This document shows, piece after piece, positions 38,264-47,515 of a DNA stretch of 64,000 nt. Source of the DNA: Actinomycetota bacterium (GTDB lineage: Bacteria; Actinomycetota; Actinomycetes; Actinomycetales; Microbacteriaceae); NCBI GenBank assembly GCA_018268515.1, contig JAFDWK010000020.1, forward strand, positions 16,458 to 80,457, given 5' to 3'. Position 1 is the stretch's first letter, and each line of letters opens with the position of its first letter. The position numbers and the translations under genes were made by a program. Under the pieces are notes generated by a model. It was not told the origin of the DNA, searched no databases, and saw only the letters and a program-made list of their open reading frames with translations.

Positions 38264-39166
38264 TCACGCGCCTTGGATGGATCGGTCGTCGACGAGCCGG
38301 GATCCGATCGCGCGCAGCGACACGGCCGCCCAGGTGCGGAAGGGGCGCCACGCCTCGGCGATCCGCTCCAGTTCGGCATCGCCCGGCTCATGGTCCAGGC
38401 CGTACAGCGCTTGGACCGCGACCCGGGTGTGCTCCGCCTGCATGGACATCGCATCGGCGAGCCCGCAGGCGCGGAGCACGATCAGCGCACTGTAGAACGG
38501 TCCGATCCCGGGCAGGCGCTGCACGTCGAGCATCGCCTCCTCCGGCTCCATGCCGGTCAGCCGGGCGACGTCGAGCTGTCCGTCCAGCGCCGCACGCGCG
38601 ATCGCATGAAGCCGGGGGACGCGATCCGCCGGAAGCCCCGGGAACCCGTCGATCTGCAGCAGCTGCTCGGGCAGCGGCAGTGCCGCCTCCGCACGTCCGG
38701 CGAGCTCGAAGACCGCCCCGTGCTGTGCCGAGAGGCGCTGCCGCAGCGCGATGCCCTGTCGGCGGGCGCGCCGCGCCGACACCACCGCCCACACCGCCGC
38801 CTCGTACGGACTGCAGAAATTCGAGGGGCGGAAACCCGGTGCCTCCGCATGCACGCGCGCGAGAACCGGATCCGCCGCGCACACGCCCGCCCAGGCGTTG
38901 CCGTCGTGGTCGGCGGAGACCACGCGCGCGACCTGCGCGGTGATCGCGTCGAGGTCGCCGTCGCCGTGCACGGTCAGCGCCAGGCCGTCGGCCTCCTGGC
39001 GGACCTCGACGCCGACCTGGGAATCGAGGGCGTCGGTGCAGAACGCCAGGCGCATGACCCCGTCGAAAGACGACTCGTCGCGATGACCGAATCCCATGAG
39101 TGCGACCTCACGGAGGTCGTATGGCCCGATGACAGGCAGCGTGGTGGTGCGGATGGGCGTGCTCAT
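38264..39166 (-). CDS. DNA-3-methyladenine glycosylase 2 (AlkA-like, HhH-GPD) family protein
   Basis: It has the helix-hairpin-helix block LPGIGPFYSALIVLRACG and a C-terminal WRPFRTWAAVSLR. I chose ATG 39166. Confidence 0.7.
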   Translation of the reverse strand: MSTPIRTTTLPVIGPYDLREVALMGFGHRDESSFDGVMRLAFCTDALDSQVGVEVRQEADGLALTVHGDGDLDAITAQVARVVSADHDGNAWAGVCAADPVLARVHAEAPGFRPSNFCSPYEAAVWAVVSARRARRQGIALRQRLSAQHGAVFELAGRAEAALPLPEQLLQIDGFPGLPADRVPRLHAIARAALDGQLDVARLTGMEPEEAMLDVQRLPGIGPFYSALIVLRACGLADAMSMQAEHTRVAVQALYGLDHEPGDAELERIAEAWRPFRTWAAVSLRAIGSRLVDDRSIQGA

Positions 39167-39272
39167 GCCGACAGCATGCGCCAGGGGTCGGACATCCGTC
39201 CGTCCGGCAGATGCGGAGTCTGGCCGCGGTCCGCCGGGCCGAAGCCCCGGGCCGCGGACATCGGGCGCGGGC

Positions 39273-40142
39273 TCAGACCGGCAGGGACAGCGCGGCCACA
39301 CGCTCCGGCCCGGCGAACGCGTCGATCGCGGCGATCCGGTCGCCGTCGACGTCGAACGCCATCACCGAGACGGCGCGCCCGTCGATCGTCACGATGACGC
39401 CCGGCAGACCGTCCACGAGGACCGGTCGCAGCACAGCGGCGGGCGCGGCGAACATGAGCGCCCGGCTCGCGACGGCCGAGCCGCCGCGCACCAGCGCAGT
39501 CGCGGACAGGCCTTGATCGATCCGCAGCTGGACCTCCGGGGAGAGCAGCGAGACCAGGCGATCGAAGTCGCCCGCGCGTGCGGCCGCGAAGAACGCGTCG
39601 ACGACCGGGCGCCGCTCACGCGCGGGCCGGATGCCGGCGACGTCCGCCGACCGCACCCGGCGTCGTGCCCGGCTGGCCAGCTGCCGCACCGCGTCCGGGG
39701 TGCGCTCCAGCAGATCCGCGATCTGCTCGAAGGGCACCTCGAACGAGTCGTGCAGCACGAACGCGACCCGTTCGGCGGGGGAGAGGCGCTCGTGCACCAC
39801 CGTCATCGCGGCTCCGACCGCATCGGCGCGCTGCGCCTGCTCGGCAGGATCCGCCGCTTCCCGGGCTCCTTCGATGACCGGATCCGTGCCCTCATCATCG
39901 AGGGGGATCTCGCCGCGCCCGGCGCGAGCGCGCAGCACGTTCAGGCAGGCGCGCGAGGCGATGGTGGTCAGCCAGCCCCCGAAGTTCTCCACATCGTCCG
40001 CGCCCGCGGCGGAGACCCGCAGCCACACGTCCTGCACCACGTCATCGATCTCGGCCGTGGATCCGAGCATGCGCTGCGCAAGCCGGCGCAGCCGTGGACG
40101 ATGCTCCTCGAAGCGCTCGGCGAGAATCTTCTGATCGGTCAT
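39273..40142 (-). CDS. ECF sigma-70 factor with a fused C-terminal SnoaL/NTF2-like extension (ECF41/ECF56-type, SigJ-like)
   Basis: Sigma-2 region: DDVVQDVWLRV...GWLTTIASRACLNVLR. Sigma-4 region: SPAERVAFVLHDSFEVPFEQIADLLERTPDAVRQLASRAR. A further ~110 aa follow. No anti-sigma gene is adjacent. Confidence 0.8.
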   Translation of the reverse strand: MTDQKILAERFEEHRPRLRRLAQRMLGSTAEIDDVVQDVWLRVSAAGADDVENFGGWLTTIASRACLNVLRARAGRGEIPLDDEGTDPVIEGAREAADPAEQAQRADAVGAAMTVVHERLSPAERVAFVLHDSFEVPFEQIADLLERTPDAVRQLASRARRRVRSADVAGIRPARERRPVVDAFFAAARAGDFDRLVSLLSPEVQLRIDQGLSATALVRGGSAVASRALMFAAPAAVLRPVLVDGLPGVIVTIDGRAVSVMAFDVDGDRIAAIDAFAGPERVAALSLPV

Positions 40143-40168
40143 GTCACATATCCTCCGGCCCGCGTGTC
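40142..40168 (+). promoter_or_regulatory. candidate ECF41-type promoter TGTCACA-N16-TGTC upstream of the CMD-family gene
   Basis: TGTCACA lies at 40142-40148, then a 16-nt spacer, then TGTC at 40165-40168. The reported ECF41 consensus, as I recall it, is TGTCACA-N16-CGTC. The site is about 60 nt upstream of ATG 40228. Confidence 0.45.
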
Positions 40169-40227
40169 ATCAGAGTGACCGTCCGAAACGCGACGGCATC
40201 TGACACCAAGAACGGGAAGAGTCTGAC

Positions 40228-40722
40228 ATGACCATCGACCAGACCATCGACACCACGGCCGCCGTCGCGATCAAGGCGCGGATGCCGCACCCCGCGTTCC
40301 TGCTCGAGGGCGGTTTCGACGCGCTCTCGAAGCTCAGTGCCGTGGCGGGCTCCACCGATCTGCCGGAGGAGCTGCTGCACCTCGTGCACCTGCGGGCCAG
40401 CCAGATCAACGGCTGCAGCTGGTGCACGATCGAGCACTCCAAGGAGATGCGCGCCGACGGCGCGAGCGACGAGCGCGTGTTCGGCGTCGCAGCGTGGCGC
40501 GAAGCGCCGTTGTTCACCGCTCGGGAGCGGGCCGCGCTGGCTTTCACCGAGGCGCTGACGCGCATCGCCGACACCTCCGAGCCGGTGCCGGACGCGTTGT
40601 GGGCCGAGGTGTCCGCGCATTTCGACAAGCGTCAGCTGTCGGCCCTGATCCTGGCGATCAGCGCGATCAACGTGTGGAACCGCATCAACGTCGCCATCCG
40701 TCAGCCCGCGGGGCAGCGCTGA
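40228..40722 (+). CDS. carboxymuconolactone decarboxylase (AhpD-like) family protein
   Basis: It has the HLRASQINGCSWCTIEH CxxC motif typical of the CMD/AhpD fold. Confidence 0.85.
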   Translation: MTIDQTIDTTAAVAIKARMPHPAFLLEGGFDALSKLSAVAGSTDLPEELLHLVHLRASQINGCSWCTIEHSKEMRADGASDERVFGVAAWREAPLFTARERAALAFTEALTRIADTSEPVPDALWAEVSAHFDKRQLSALILAISAINVWNRINVAIRQPAGQR

Positions 40723-40728
40723 GACGCA

Positions 40729-40797
40729 GGAGGATCCGCCGCCCGTCGGTCAGGGCTGCGGATCCTCCGCCCGTCGGTCAGGGCTGCGGATCCTCCG
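40729..40797. repeat. 28-bp tandem duplication containing GGAGGATCCGC / GCGGATCCTCC hairpin arms, between the convergent CMD and MFS genes
   Basis: CGCCCGTCGGTCAGGGCTGCGGATCCTC occurs twice in tandem. The second copy supplies the last codons and stop of the MFS gene. The inverted arms could form a bidirectional terminator. Confidence 0.7.
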
Positions 40798-42064
40798 CGT
40801 CGTACGCGCGGAATCGCGGGCTGAGGCGCACGAGCACCGCGACCAGGCCGATCACGAGCAGTCCGCCCAGCAGAGGCGGGAACCACAGGGCGGTGAGCGA
40901 GGCCAGCACTCCCGCGTAGAGCGCGCCCAGGCGGGGCCCGCCGGCGACCACGATGACGAAGACGCCCTGCAGACGCCCGCGCATGGCGTCGGGCACCGCC
41001 GCCTGCATCATGGTGTTCCGGTAGATCGAGCTGACGTTGTCGGCGGCGCCCGAGAACGCCAGGGCGACGCAGGCGAGCGCGATCAGCAGCAGGTTCGGCG
41101 AGGACGCCGTGGCGCGGCCGGCGGGGAGCATCGCCCCCACGAGCAGGACGACACCGAACAGGGCGATCGTCGTGCCGTAGGCCTGCACGGCCCTGGCGAT
41201 CCCGCGGCCGTGCCAGCGGTAGTGCACGATGCGCCCGGAGAGCAGGCTCGACAGGAACGTGCCGACCGCGACGGATGCGGTGAGCAGGCCGGTGGTGACC
41301 GCGCCGCCGCCCAGGATCACGGTGCCGAGCGCGGGGAAGAGGGCGAGCGGCTGACCGAACGTCATGGCGCAGATGTCGAGGAGGTACTGCATCCGGATGT
41401 TGCCGGCGCGGCGCAGGAAGCGCCAGCCGTCGACGAGGGAGGCGATTCCCGGGCGCACGATCTCGCCCTCCGGCTTGAGCGCCGGCAGCGTCCACAGCCC
41501 GAGGAACATCGAAAGCATCAGGATCACGTCGATCGTGTACGTCCATCCGTAGCCGGTCAGGGCCACGAGGATGCCGGCCAGGGCGGGGCCGGCCATCACC
41601 GTCATGCCGAACGCGACGCCGTTGAGGGCCGAGGCCGGCGCCAGCATCTCGCGGGGGAGCAGTCGCGGGATGATCGCCGTGCGCGTCGCCATCCCGACCG
41701 AGTTCGCGGCGGCGATGATCATGCTGAGCGCGTAGAGCCACCAGATCGTCTCCGCGTGCGTCCAGGTGAGCGTCGCGAGCAGCGCGGTCGCGGCGAACGT
41801 GACGACCGCGGCGATGAGCGCGACCCGTCGTCGGTCGAAGGCGTCGGCGAGCATGCCGCCGTAGAGCCCGGCGAGGATCATCGGCACGAGCCCCGCCACC
41901 GCGATCATCGAGACGGCGAACGTGCTGTGCGTGAGTGCGAACACGTGCAGCATGACGGTGACGACGGTGAGCTGACCGCCGATGCCGCTGAGCGTGGACC
42001 CGATCCACATCCGGGCGAATGCCGGGCTCCGCCGGAACGGGCTCAGATCGATCAGATGGCTCAC
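40778..42064 (-). CDS. MFS transporter
   Basis: A 428-aa protein with about 12 hydrophobic segments and typical MFS loops (GMLADAFDRRR). Confidence 0.85.
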   Translation of the reverse strand: MSHLIDLSPFRRSPAFARMWIGSTLSGIGGQLTVVTVMLHVFALTHSTFAVSMIAVAGLVPMILAGLYGGMLADAFDRRRVALIAAVVTFAATALLATLTWTHAETIWWLYALSMIIAAANSVGMATRTAIIPRLLPREMLAPASALNGVAFGMTVMAGPALAGILVALTGYGWTYTIDVILMLSMFLGLWTLPALKPEGEIVRPGIASLVDGWRFLRRAGNIRMQYLLDICAMTFGQPLALFPALGTVILGGGAVTTGLLTASVAVGTFLSSLLSGRIVHYRWHGRGIARAVQAYGTTIALFGVVLLVGAMLPAGRATASSPNLLLIALACVALAFSGAADNVSSIYRNTMMQAAVPDAMRGRLQGVFVIVVAGGPRLGALYAGVLASLTALWFPPLLGGLLVIGLVAVLVRLSPRFRAYDAEDPQP

Positions 42065-42226
42065 TCATCGAGCGTATCGGTGCGCGGGCAGACCCGGATC
42101 CGGTCCGGCGCGCGGAGCCGTCCTGTGCTGATAGACTTGTGCGGTTGCCGTTCGATCGGCCGCGGATAAAGAGAGCCCACGCAGTCGGCGTCGGGCACCG
42201 CGCAGCAAAGAGGAAGGGGATCACCT

Positions 42227-42496
42227 ATGGCACTGGATGCAGACGTCAAGAAGGCGATCATCGAAGAGTACGCGACGCACCCCGGTGACACCGGATCCCC
42301 CGAGGTGCAGGTTGCCATGCTGACGCAGCGCATCAAGGACCTCACCGAGCACCTCAAGGAGCACAAGCACGACCACCACTCGCGTCGTGGCCTGTTCCTG
42401 CTCGTCGGTCAGCGCCGTCGTCTGCTCGGCTACCTCCAGGATGTCGACATCGAGCGTTACCGCTCGCTGATCGAGCGACTGGGGCTCCGCCGCTAA
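42227..42496 (+). CDS. rpsO: 30S ribosomal protein S15
   Basis: The sequence is [56 protein letters not shown]. Confidence 0.97.
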   Translation: MALDADVKKAIIEEYATHPGDTGSPEVQVAMLTQRIKDLTEHLKEHKHDHHSRRGLFLLVGQRRRLLGYLQDVDIERYRSLIERLGLRR

Positions 42497-42535
42497 GCAG
42501 CGCAGCCAGCGTGATATCGCGCGAAACATTCTTGC

Positions 42536-42566
42536 GAGGCCCGTCCCACGGTGTGGGGCGGGCCTC
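42536..42566 (+). terminator. hairpin terminator after rpsO
   Basis: GAGGCCCGTCCCA-CGGTG-TGGGGCGGGCCTC forms a 13-bp stem with one G-U pair, followed by GACCTTTG. Confidence 0.65.
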
Positions 42567-42699
42567 GACCTTTGTCCGGAGTGTGGTCGGCCGCGCCATG
42601 AAACACCATTTCCCGCATGAGACATCACGTCAGACGTGGTTTCTCGTGCAGGGAGCGGTTTCTCGCGCGGCGAGCCCGGACTCGTCGACGCTCGGCGGC

Positions 42700-43704
42700 T
42701 CAGACCGGGGCGCCGACCAGGTCCGCGTGGTGGATCGCGGCGACGTCGGGGTGCGCGCGCAGGCGCGACTTCAGCGCGTTCTCGCCGTAGAGCGCGTGGA
42801 TCGGGTTCGACGGATCCTTCGTCACACCGCGCGCCTGGCCGGCCAGATCCGCCGGCAGGTCGATCAGCGGCAGGCGGGCGTCGAGGGCGGGATTGAAGAA
42901 GAACGGGATCGAGATCCGCTCGTCCGGCGCCTGCGGTGAGACCACGCGGTGGTTCGTCGCCTTGAGGTAGCCGTCCGTGGCGTACTCGAGCAGCTCGCCG
43001 ATGTTCACGACGAAGGCGCCGTCGACCGGCGGAGCGTCGACCCACGCGCCGTCGCGCTCGACCTGCAGGCCGCCCTTGCCCGGCTCCACCCAGAGCAGGG
43101 TGAGCACTCCGGAGTCCTTGTGCGCTCCGACCCCCTGCTGCGGCTCGGGTTCGTGCGTGCCCGGGTAGCGGACGATCTTGATGAGCGTGGACGGATCCCC
43201 GAAGTTCTGCTCGAAGTAGGTCTCCTCGGCGCCGAGCGCGAGCGCCCAGGCGCGCAGCAGCTTCCGCGCCACGCCGGACAGATGCTCGTGCCATTCCGAG
43301 ACGACCTCGCGCAGCTCGGGCTGAGCGTCCGGCCACAGATTCGGGCCGATCAGCCGGTTGTAGCCGGGGCCGCCGTCGACGGACTCCCGTTCCGGGCCGA
43401 TGTCGATCTGCTCGCGCCAGTCGACCCTGCCCTGCGTGCGCTCGCCGCCGATCCGCGTGTACCCGCGGAAGTGCGGGCTCTTCACGTTCTCGATCGCGAG
43501 CTTGTCCGCCTCGGGCAGCGCGAAGAAGTCCTTGGCCGCCTGGTGCAGGCGTCGTTCCAGCGCCGGGGTCACGCCGGTGCCGGTCAGGTAGAAGAACCCG
43601 ACGTCGTGGGTGGCGGTGCGCAGGTCGTCGCGGAAGGCCGCCGCAGCTTGCGGTCCGGCGTCGAGCTGGGAGAGGTCAAGGATCGGCAGGGTGAGTTCGG
43701 CCAT
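42700..43704 (-). CDS. 2-oxoglutarate/Fe(II)-dependent oxygenase (isopenicillin N synthase family)
   Basis: The N-terminus is LPILDLSQL...GFFYLTGTGV. The H.D...H facial-triad region is GVGAHKDSGVLTLL...ATNHRV. Confidence 0.8.
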   Translation of the reverse strand: MAELTLPILDLSQLDAGPQAAAAFRDDLRTATHDVGFFYLTGTGVTPALERRLHQAAKDFFALPEADKLAIENVKSPHFRGYTRIGGERTQGRVDWREQIDIGPERESVDGGPGYNRLIGPNLWPDAQPELREVVSEWHEHLSGVARKLLRAWALALGAEETYFEQNFGDPSTLIKIVRYPGTHEPEPQQGVGAHKDSGVLTLLWVEPGKGGLQVERDGAWVDAPPVDGAFVVNIGELLEYATDGYLKATNHRVVSPQAPDERISIPFFFNPALDARLPLIDLPADLAGQARGVTKDPSNPIHALYGENALKSRLRAHPDVAAIHHADLVGAPV

Positions 43705-43822
43705 GAGGCGAGGCTAGGCCGGGTCTGGAGGACGGCGGCGGTTTGTTGCCGAGGATTACCTCGCCGGATGCCGTGCCCGTCCTCGGGTCGGGAGCACGGT
43801 CGAGCGGATGCTAGGGTCATTG

Positions 43823-43842
43823 AGGTAAGGCATTCCTTACCT
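43823..43842. promoter_or_regulatory. palindrome AGGTAAGG-CATT-CCTTACCT in an AT-rich stretch 30 nt upstream of efeU (candidate metal-regulator operator)
   Basis: An 8-bp perfect inverted repeat, read directly. The half-sites resemble IdeR/DtxR-type AGGTTAGG half-sites, but the spacing differs. Confidence 0.4.
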
Positions 43843-43871
43843 AAGACTTCCTCCTGGAAAAGTGCTTCCCT

Positions 43872-44876
43872 GTGTTCGCCACCTTCCTCATCGGCCTTCG
43901 TGAAGGCCTCGAAGCCGCGCTCGTCGTCGGCATCCTCGTCGCCTACCTGAAGCGTCTCGGTCGGCGGGACGTGCTGCCGCGCCTCTGGGCCGGTGTCGGG
44001 GCCGCGGTGCTGCTGGCACTCGTGATCGGCGCCGTGCTCACCTTCGGCGCCTACGCGCTCACCTTCCAGGGGCAGGAGATCATCGGGGGCACGTTGTCGC
44101 TGGTCGCCGTCGGCATGGTCACCTGGATGATCTTCTGGATGCGCAAGGCCGGACGCACCATGAAGGCCACGCTGCAGGGCGGCGTCGATCGCGCGCTCGA
44201 GGCCGGCACGGTCTGGGCGCTCGTACTGGTCGGGTTCGTCTCCGTGGCCCGCGAAGGCGTGGAGACCACGTTGCTGCTGTGGTCGATGGTGCAGTCCTTC
44301 GGGGATGCGCCCTCGGCGATCCTCGGCGCCGCACTCGGTCTCGTCGTGGCCGTGCTGGCCGGCTGGCTGCTCGCCCGAGGCGCCGTCCGCCTCGACCTGT
44401 CCCGTTTCTTCACCTGGACCGGCGGCTTCCTCGTCATCATCGCGGCCGGCGTCCTCGCCTATGCGATCAGCGACCTGCAGGAGGCCGGCGTGATCCCGGG
44501 GCCGTTCACGTCGGCCGCCCCGCTCGATGCCGCGGGTGCCGTGCTCGTCGGCTGGTCCGGTCTGCCGTTCGGCTGGGCGTTCGACGTCACCTCAGTGATC
44601 CGCCCCGACAGCGCCCTCGCGGTGCTGCTGCAGGCCACCGTCGGCTTCATGCCGCGGATGAGCTGGCTCCAGGTCATCGCCTGGGTGCTGTACCTCGTGG
44701 TCGTCGGATCCCTGTTCGTGCGCGGACTGCGCCGCCCGTCGCCGCGTGCCGCCTCCTCCTCGTCTTCCCCGTCCATCCCCGGGTCGGCGTCGTCCGCCGT
44801 GCCCGCCGCCGTGGAGTCGCCGGCCGTTCGTGCCGCGTCGACGACCGCCTCGCCCACCCCTGAAGGAGCCTCATGA
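43872..44876 (+). CDS. efeU: iron permease EfeU (FTR1 family)
   Basis: GTG start. Both REGLE-type motifs are present (LREGLEAALV and AREGVETTLL). The C-terminal tail is Ser/Ala/Pro-rich. Confidence 0.88.
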   Translation: MFATFLIGLREGLEAALVVGILVAYLKRLGRRDVLPRLWAGVGAAVLLALVIGAVLTFGAYALTFQGQEIIGGTLSLVAVGMVTWMIFWMRKAGRTMKATLQGGVDRALEAGTVWALVLVGFVSVAREGVETTLLLWSMVQSFGDAPSAILGAALGLVVAVLAGWLLARGAVRLDLSRFFTWTGGFLVIIAAGVLAYAISDLQEAGVIPGPFTSAAPLDAAGAVLVGWSGLPFGWAFDVTSVIRPDSALAVLLQATVGFMPRMSWLQVIAWVLYLVVVGSLFVRGLRRPSPRAASSSSSPSIPGSASSAVPAAVESPAVRAASTTASPTPEGAS

Positions 44877-46105
44877 CCATCGCCCTCCGACCGGTCGCCG
44901 TCCTCGGCGCCGTCGCCGCCCTCGGCCTCTCCCTCACCGGGTGCGTCGCCAAGTCCGACGTCGCCGCCGGCGGACGTCTGACCGTCTCGTCCACGGCGGA
45001 TGCATGCAGCGTCTCCGCAGGCACCGCGACCAGCGGCACGCTCGCGTTCGACGTGAGCAACAAGGGCGAGGAGGTCACCGAGTTCTATCTGCTGGCCGAG
45101 GACGGCGTGCGCATCGTCGGCGAGGTAGAGAACGTGGCGCCCGGCGCGTCGCGGACCCTCACCGTCGTCGCGCAGCCCGGGAAGTACTTCACGGTCTGCA
45201 AACCGGGCATGATCGGATCCGGCATCGGCAAGACCGCTTTCGCCGTGAGTGGCGAGAAGGTCGCCGAGACCGGTGGCGACGCGGCGCAGAAGCAGAAGGC
45301 CGTCACCCAGTACGCCGCATATGTGAAAGATCAGGTCGACCAGCTGCTCCCTGCCGCGAAGACCTTCGCCGACGCCTACCGGGGCGGCGACGACACCGCC
45401 GCGAAGGCGCAGTTCTCGACCGTGCGCTCCTACTACGAGCGCATCGAACCGGTCGCCGACAAGCTCGGCACGCTGGATCCGCGCCTGGACTTCCGGGAGC
45501 TCGACGCCAAGGCCGACGGTCTCGACTGGACCGGCTTCCACCGCATCGAGAAGGACCTGTGGGCCCCGGCCGCCGGCGCCATGAACTCCGACGGCACGAC
45601 CCCGGCGACCCAGGACTGGGCGCCGTCGACGCCCGCCGAGCGCGCCGTCTACGCGGACAAGCTCCTCGCGGACCTGCAGGAGCTGTACGACCACGTGCAC
45701 TCGGACGCCTTCCTGAAGGATCTCGACGCGCAGGGCATCGCCGGCATCTCCAACGGCGCGATCTCGCTGCTGGACGAGGTCGCCAACGGCAAGATCACCG
45801 GCGAGGAGGACTGGTGGTCCGGCACCGACCTGTCCGACTTCGCGGCCAACGTCGAGGGATCCAAGATGGCGTTCTCCGTCGTCCGCGAGTTCGCGGAGGG
45901 CAAGGGCGCCGAGGGCAAGAAGCTCGTGCAGCAGATCGACCGCGGCTTCTCGTCGCTGGAGGCCGAGCTCGCCGTGCACGGATCCCTGAAGGACGGGTTC
46001 GCCCCGTACTCCACCGTCACCGAGACGCAGAAGCGCGACCTCACCGACCTGCTGAACGCGCTCGCCGAGCCGCTCTCCAAGCTCACCAGCACGATCCTCG
46101 GCTGA
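44873..46105 (+). CDS. efeO: iron uptake system component EfeO (cupredoxin-like N-terminal domain plus imelysin/M75-like domain), lipoprotein-like
   Basis: ATGA overlap with efeU. It has an LSLTGC lipobox. The domain order and the position between efeU and efeB fit EfeO. Confidence 0.8.
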   Translation: MTIALRPVAVLGAVAALGLSLTGCVAKSDVAAGGRLTVSSTADACSVSAGTATSGTLAFDVSNKGEEVTEFYLLAEDGVRIVGEVENVAPGASRTLTVVAQPGKYFTVCKPGMIGSGIGKTAFAVSGEKVAETGGDAAQKQKAVTQYAAYVKDQVDQLLPAAKTFADAYRGGDDTAAKAQFSTVRSYYERIEPVADKLGTLDPRLDFRELDAKADGLDWTGFHRIEKDLWAPAAGAMNSDGTTPATQDWAPSTPAERAVYADKLLADLQELYDHVHSDAFLKDLDAQGIAGISNGAISLLDEVANGKITGEEDWWSGTDLSDFAANVEGSKMAFSVVREFAEGKGAEGKKLVQQIDRGFSSLEAELAVHGSLKDGFAPYSTVTETQKRDLTDLLNALAEPLSKLTSTILG

Positions 46106-46106
46106 G

Positions 46107-47483
46107 ATGACCGCATCCGACCCTGTCGACGGGGCCGTGCCGCCTGCCGGCTCGGCGCCCGTCGAGACCCCGGCCCCGGCGGATGCGCCGCTCCCCGGCG
46201 GGACGTCGACCCCGGCGGCTTTCGAGGGGGCCGCACCCGAGGAGACCCGGCGTCCGGCCATCACCAGGCGCGGCCTGCTCGGCTGGGCGCTCGGCAGCGG
46301 CGTCGCCGGCATCGCCGTCGGTGCGGGCGGTGCGGCGGCCGTCGCTTCGAGCGGCGTGCTGTCCGGATCCGCCCCCGAGGACGAGTTCGCCTTCGAGGGC
46401 GCTCACCAGGCAGGCATCACCACGCGCGTGCAGGAGCACCTGCACTTCGCGAGCTTCGATATGATGCCGCGCGCGAGCCGGGATGACCTCATCTCGCTTC
46501 TGCAGGACTGGAGCTACGCCGCGTCGCGCCTCGCCAAGGGGCTCGACGTCAGCGCGTCCGGCGCCGTCGGCGGATCTCCCCAGGCGCCCCCGGACGACAC
46601 CGGCGAGGCGCAGGGGCTCTCGGCGGCGGGGCTGACGATCACGTTCGGTCTCGGTCCGTCGCTGTTCCTCGCTGAGGGCGACAGGTTCGGGATCGCGGAT
46701 CGACGTCCCCCCGCGCTCGCCGACCTGCCGGGGTTCGTCGGGGACGCGCTCGACCGGGCCTACACCGGAGGCGACCTGTGCATCCAGGCGTGCGCGGACG
46801 ACCCCCAGGTGGCCGTGCACGCGGTGCGCAACCTCAGCCGCATCGCCTTCGGCCGCGCGCGGCTGCGCTGGTCGCAGCTCGGTTTCGGGCGCACCTCGCG
46901 GACGTCGTCCGATCAGCAGACGCCTCGCAACCTGTTCGGCTACAAGGACGGCACGGCGAACATCCTCGCCGACGACGCGAGAGCGCTCACGGACCACGTC
47001 TGGGTGGGGGAGAAGGACGAACCCGCCTGGATGGCGGGAGGCTCCTACCTCGTCGCGCGCAAGATCGCGATGCTCATCGAGACCTGGGATCGGCTGCGCC
47101 TCGCCGAGCAGGACCGCACCATCGGTCGCGCCAAGGGCAGCGGCGCGCCGTTGTCCGGCGGTGATGAGAACACCGAGCCGTCGTTCCACGGCCGCATCGA
47201 CGAGCATGCGCACGTCCGCCTCGCGCACCCGACGGTCAACGACGGCATCCGGATCCTGCGCCGCGGCTACAACTACGTCGACGGCAACAACGATCTCGGG
47301 CGCCTCGACGCGGGGCTGTTCTTCCTCTCGTACCAGCGGCGGCCCGAGCAGTTCGTCACGCTGCAGAAGCGGCTGTCCACCGACCTGATGAGCGAGTACA
47401 TCAAGCACATCGGATCCGGGATCTGGGCGATCCCGCCCGGTGCCGGGAAGGGCTCCTACGTCGGGGCGGGGCTGTTCGCCTGA
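46107..47483 (+). CDS. efeB: Dyp-type peroxidase EfeB with a Tat signal
   Basis: The twin-arginine motif is TRRGLLGW. The Dyp blocks are GYKDGTAN and RRGYNY. Confidence 0.88.
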   Translation: MTASDPVDGAVPPAGSAPVETPAPADAPLPGGTSTPAAFEGAAPEETRRPAITRRGLLGWALGSGVAGIAVGAGGAAAVASSGVLSGSAPEDEFAFEGAHQAGITTRVQEHLHFASFDMMPRASRDDLISLLQDWSYAASRLAKGLDVSASGAVGGSPQAPPDDTGEAQGLSAAGLTITFGLGPSLFLAEGDRFGIADRRPPALADLPGFVGDALDRAYTGGDLCIQACADDPQVAVHAVRNLSRIAFGRARLRWSQLGFGRTSRTSSDQQTPRNLFGYKDGTANILADDARALTDHVWVGEKDEPAWMAGGSYLVARKIAMLIETWDRLRLAEQDRTIGRAKGSGAPLSGGDENTEPSFHGRIDEHAHVRLAHPTVNDGIRILRRGYNYVDGNNDLGRLDAGLFFLSYQRRPEQFVTLQKRLSTDLMSEYIKHIGSGIWAIPPGAGKGSYVGAGLFA

Positions 47484-47515
47484 CACTGGAGAGGCCGCGC
47501 GATCGCCGGAGTAGC

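Noticed and set aside
43820-43845. Canonical IdeR/DtxR iron box upstream of efeU
   Set aside because: The half-sites resemble the iron box, but the inverted repeats are separated by 4 bp and do not fit the compact 19-bp consensus. I kept it only as an unassigned candidate operator.
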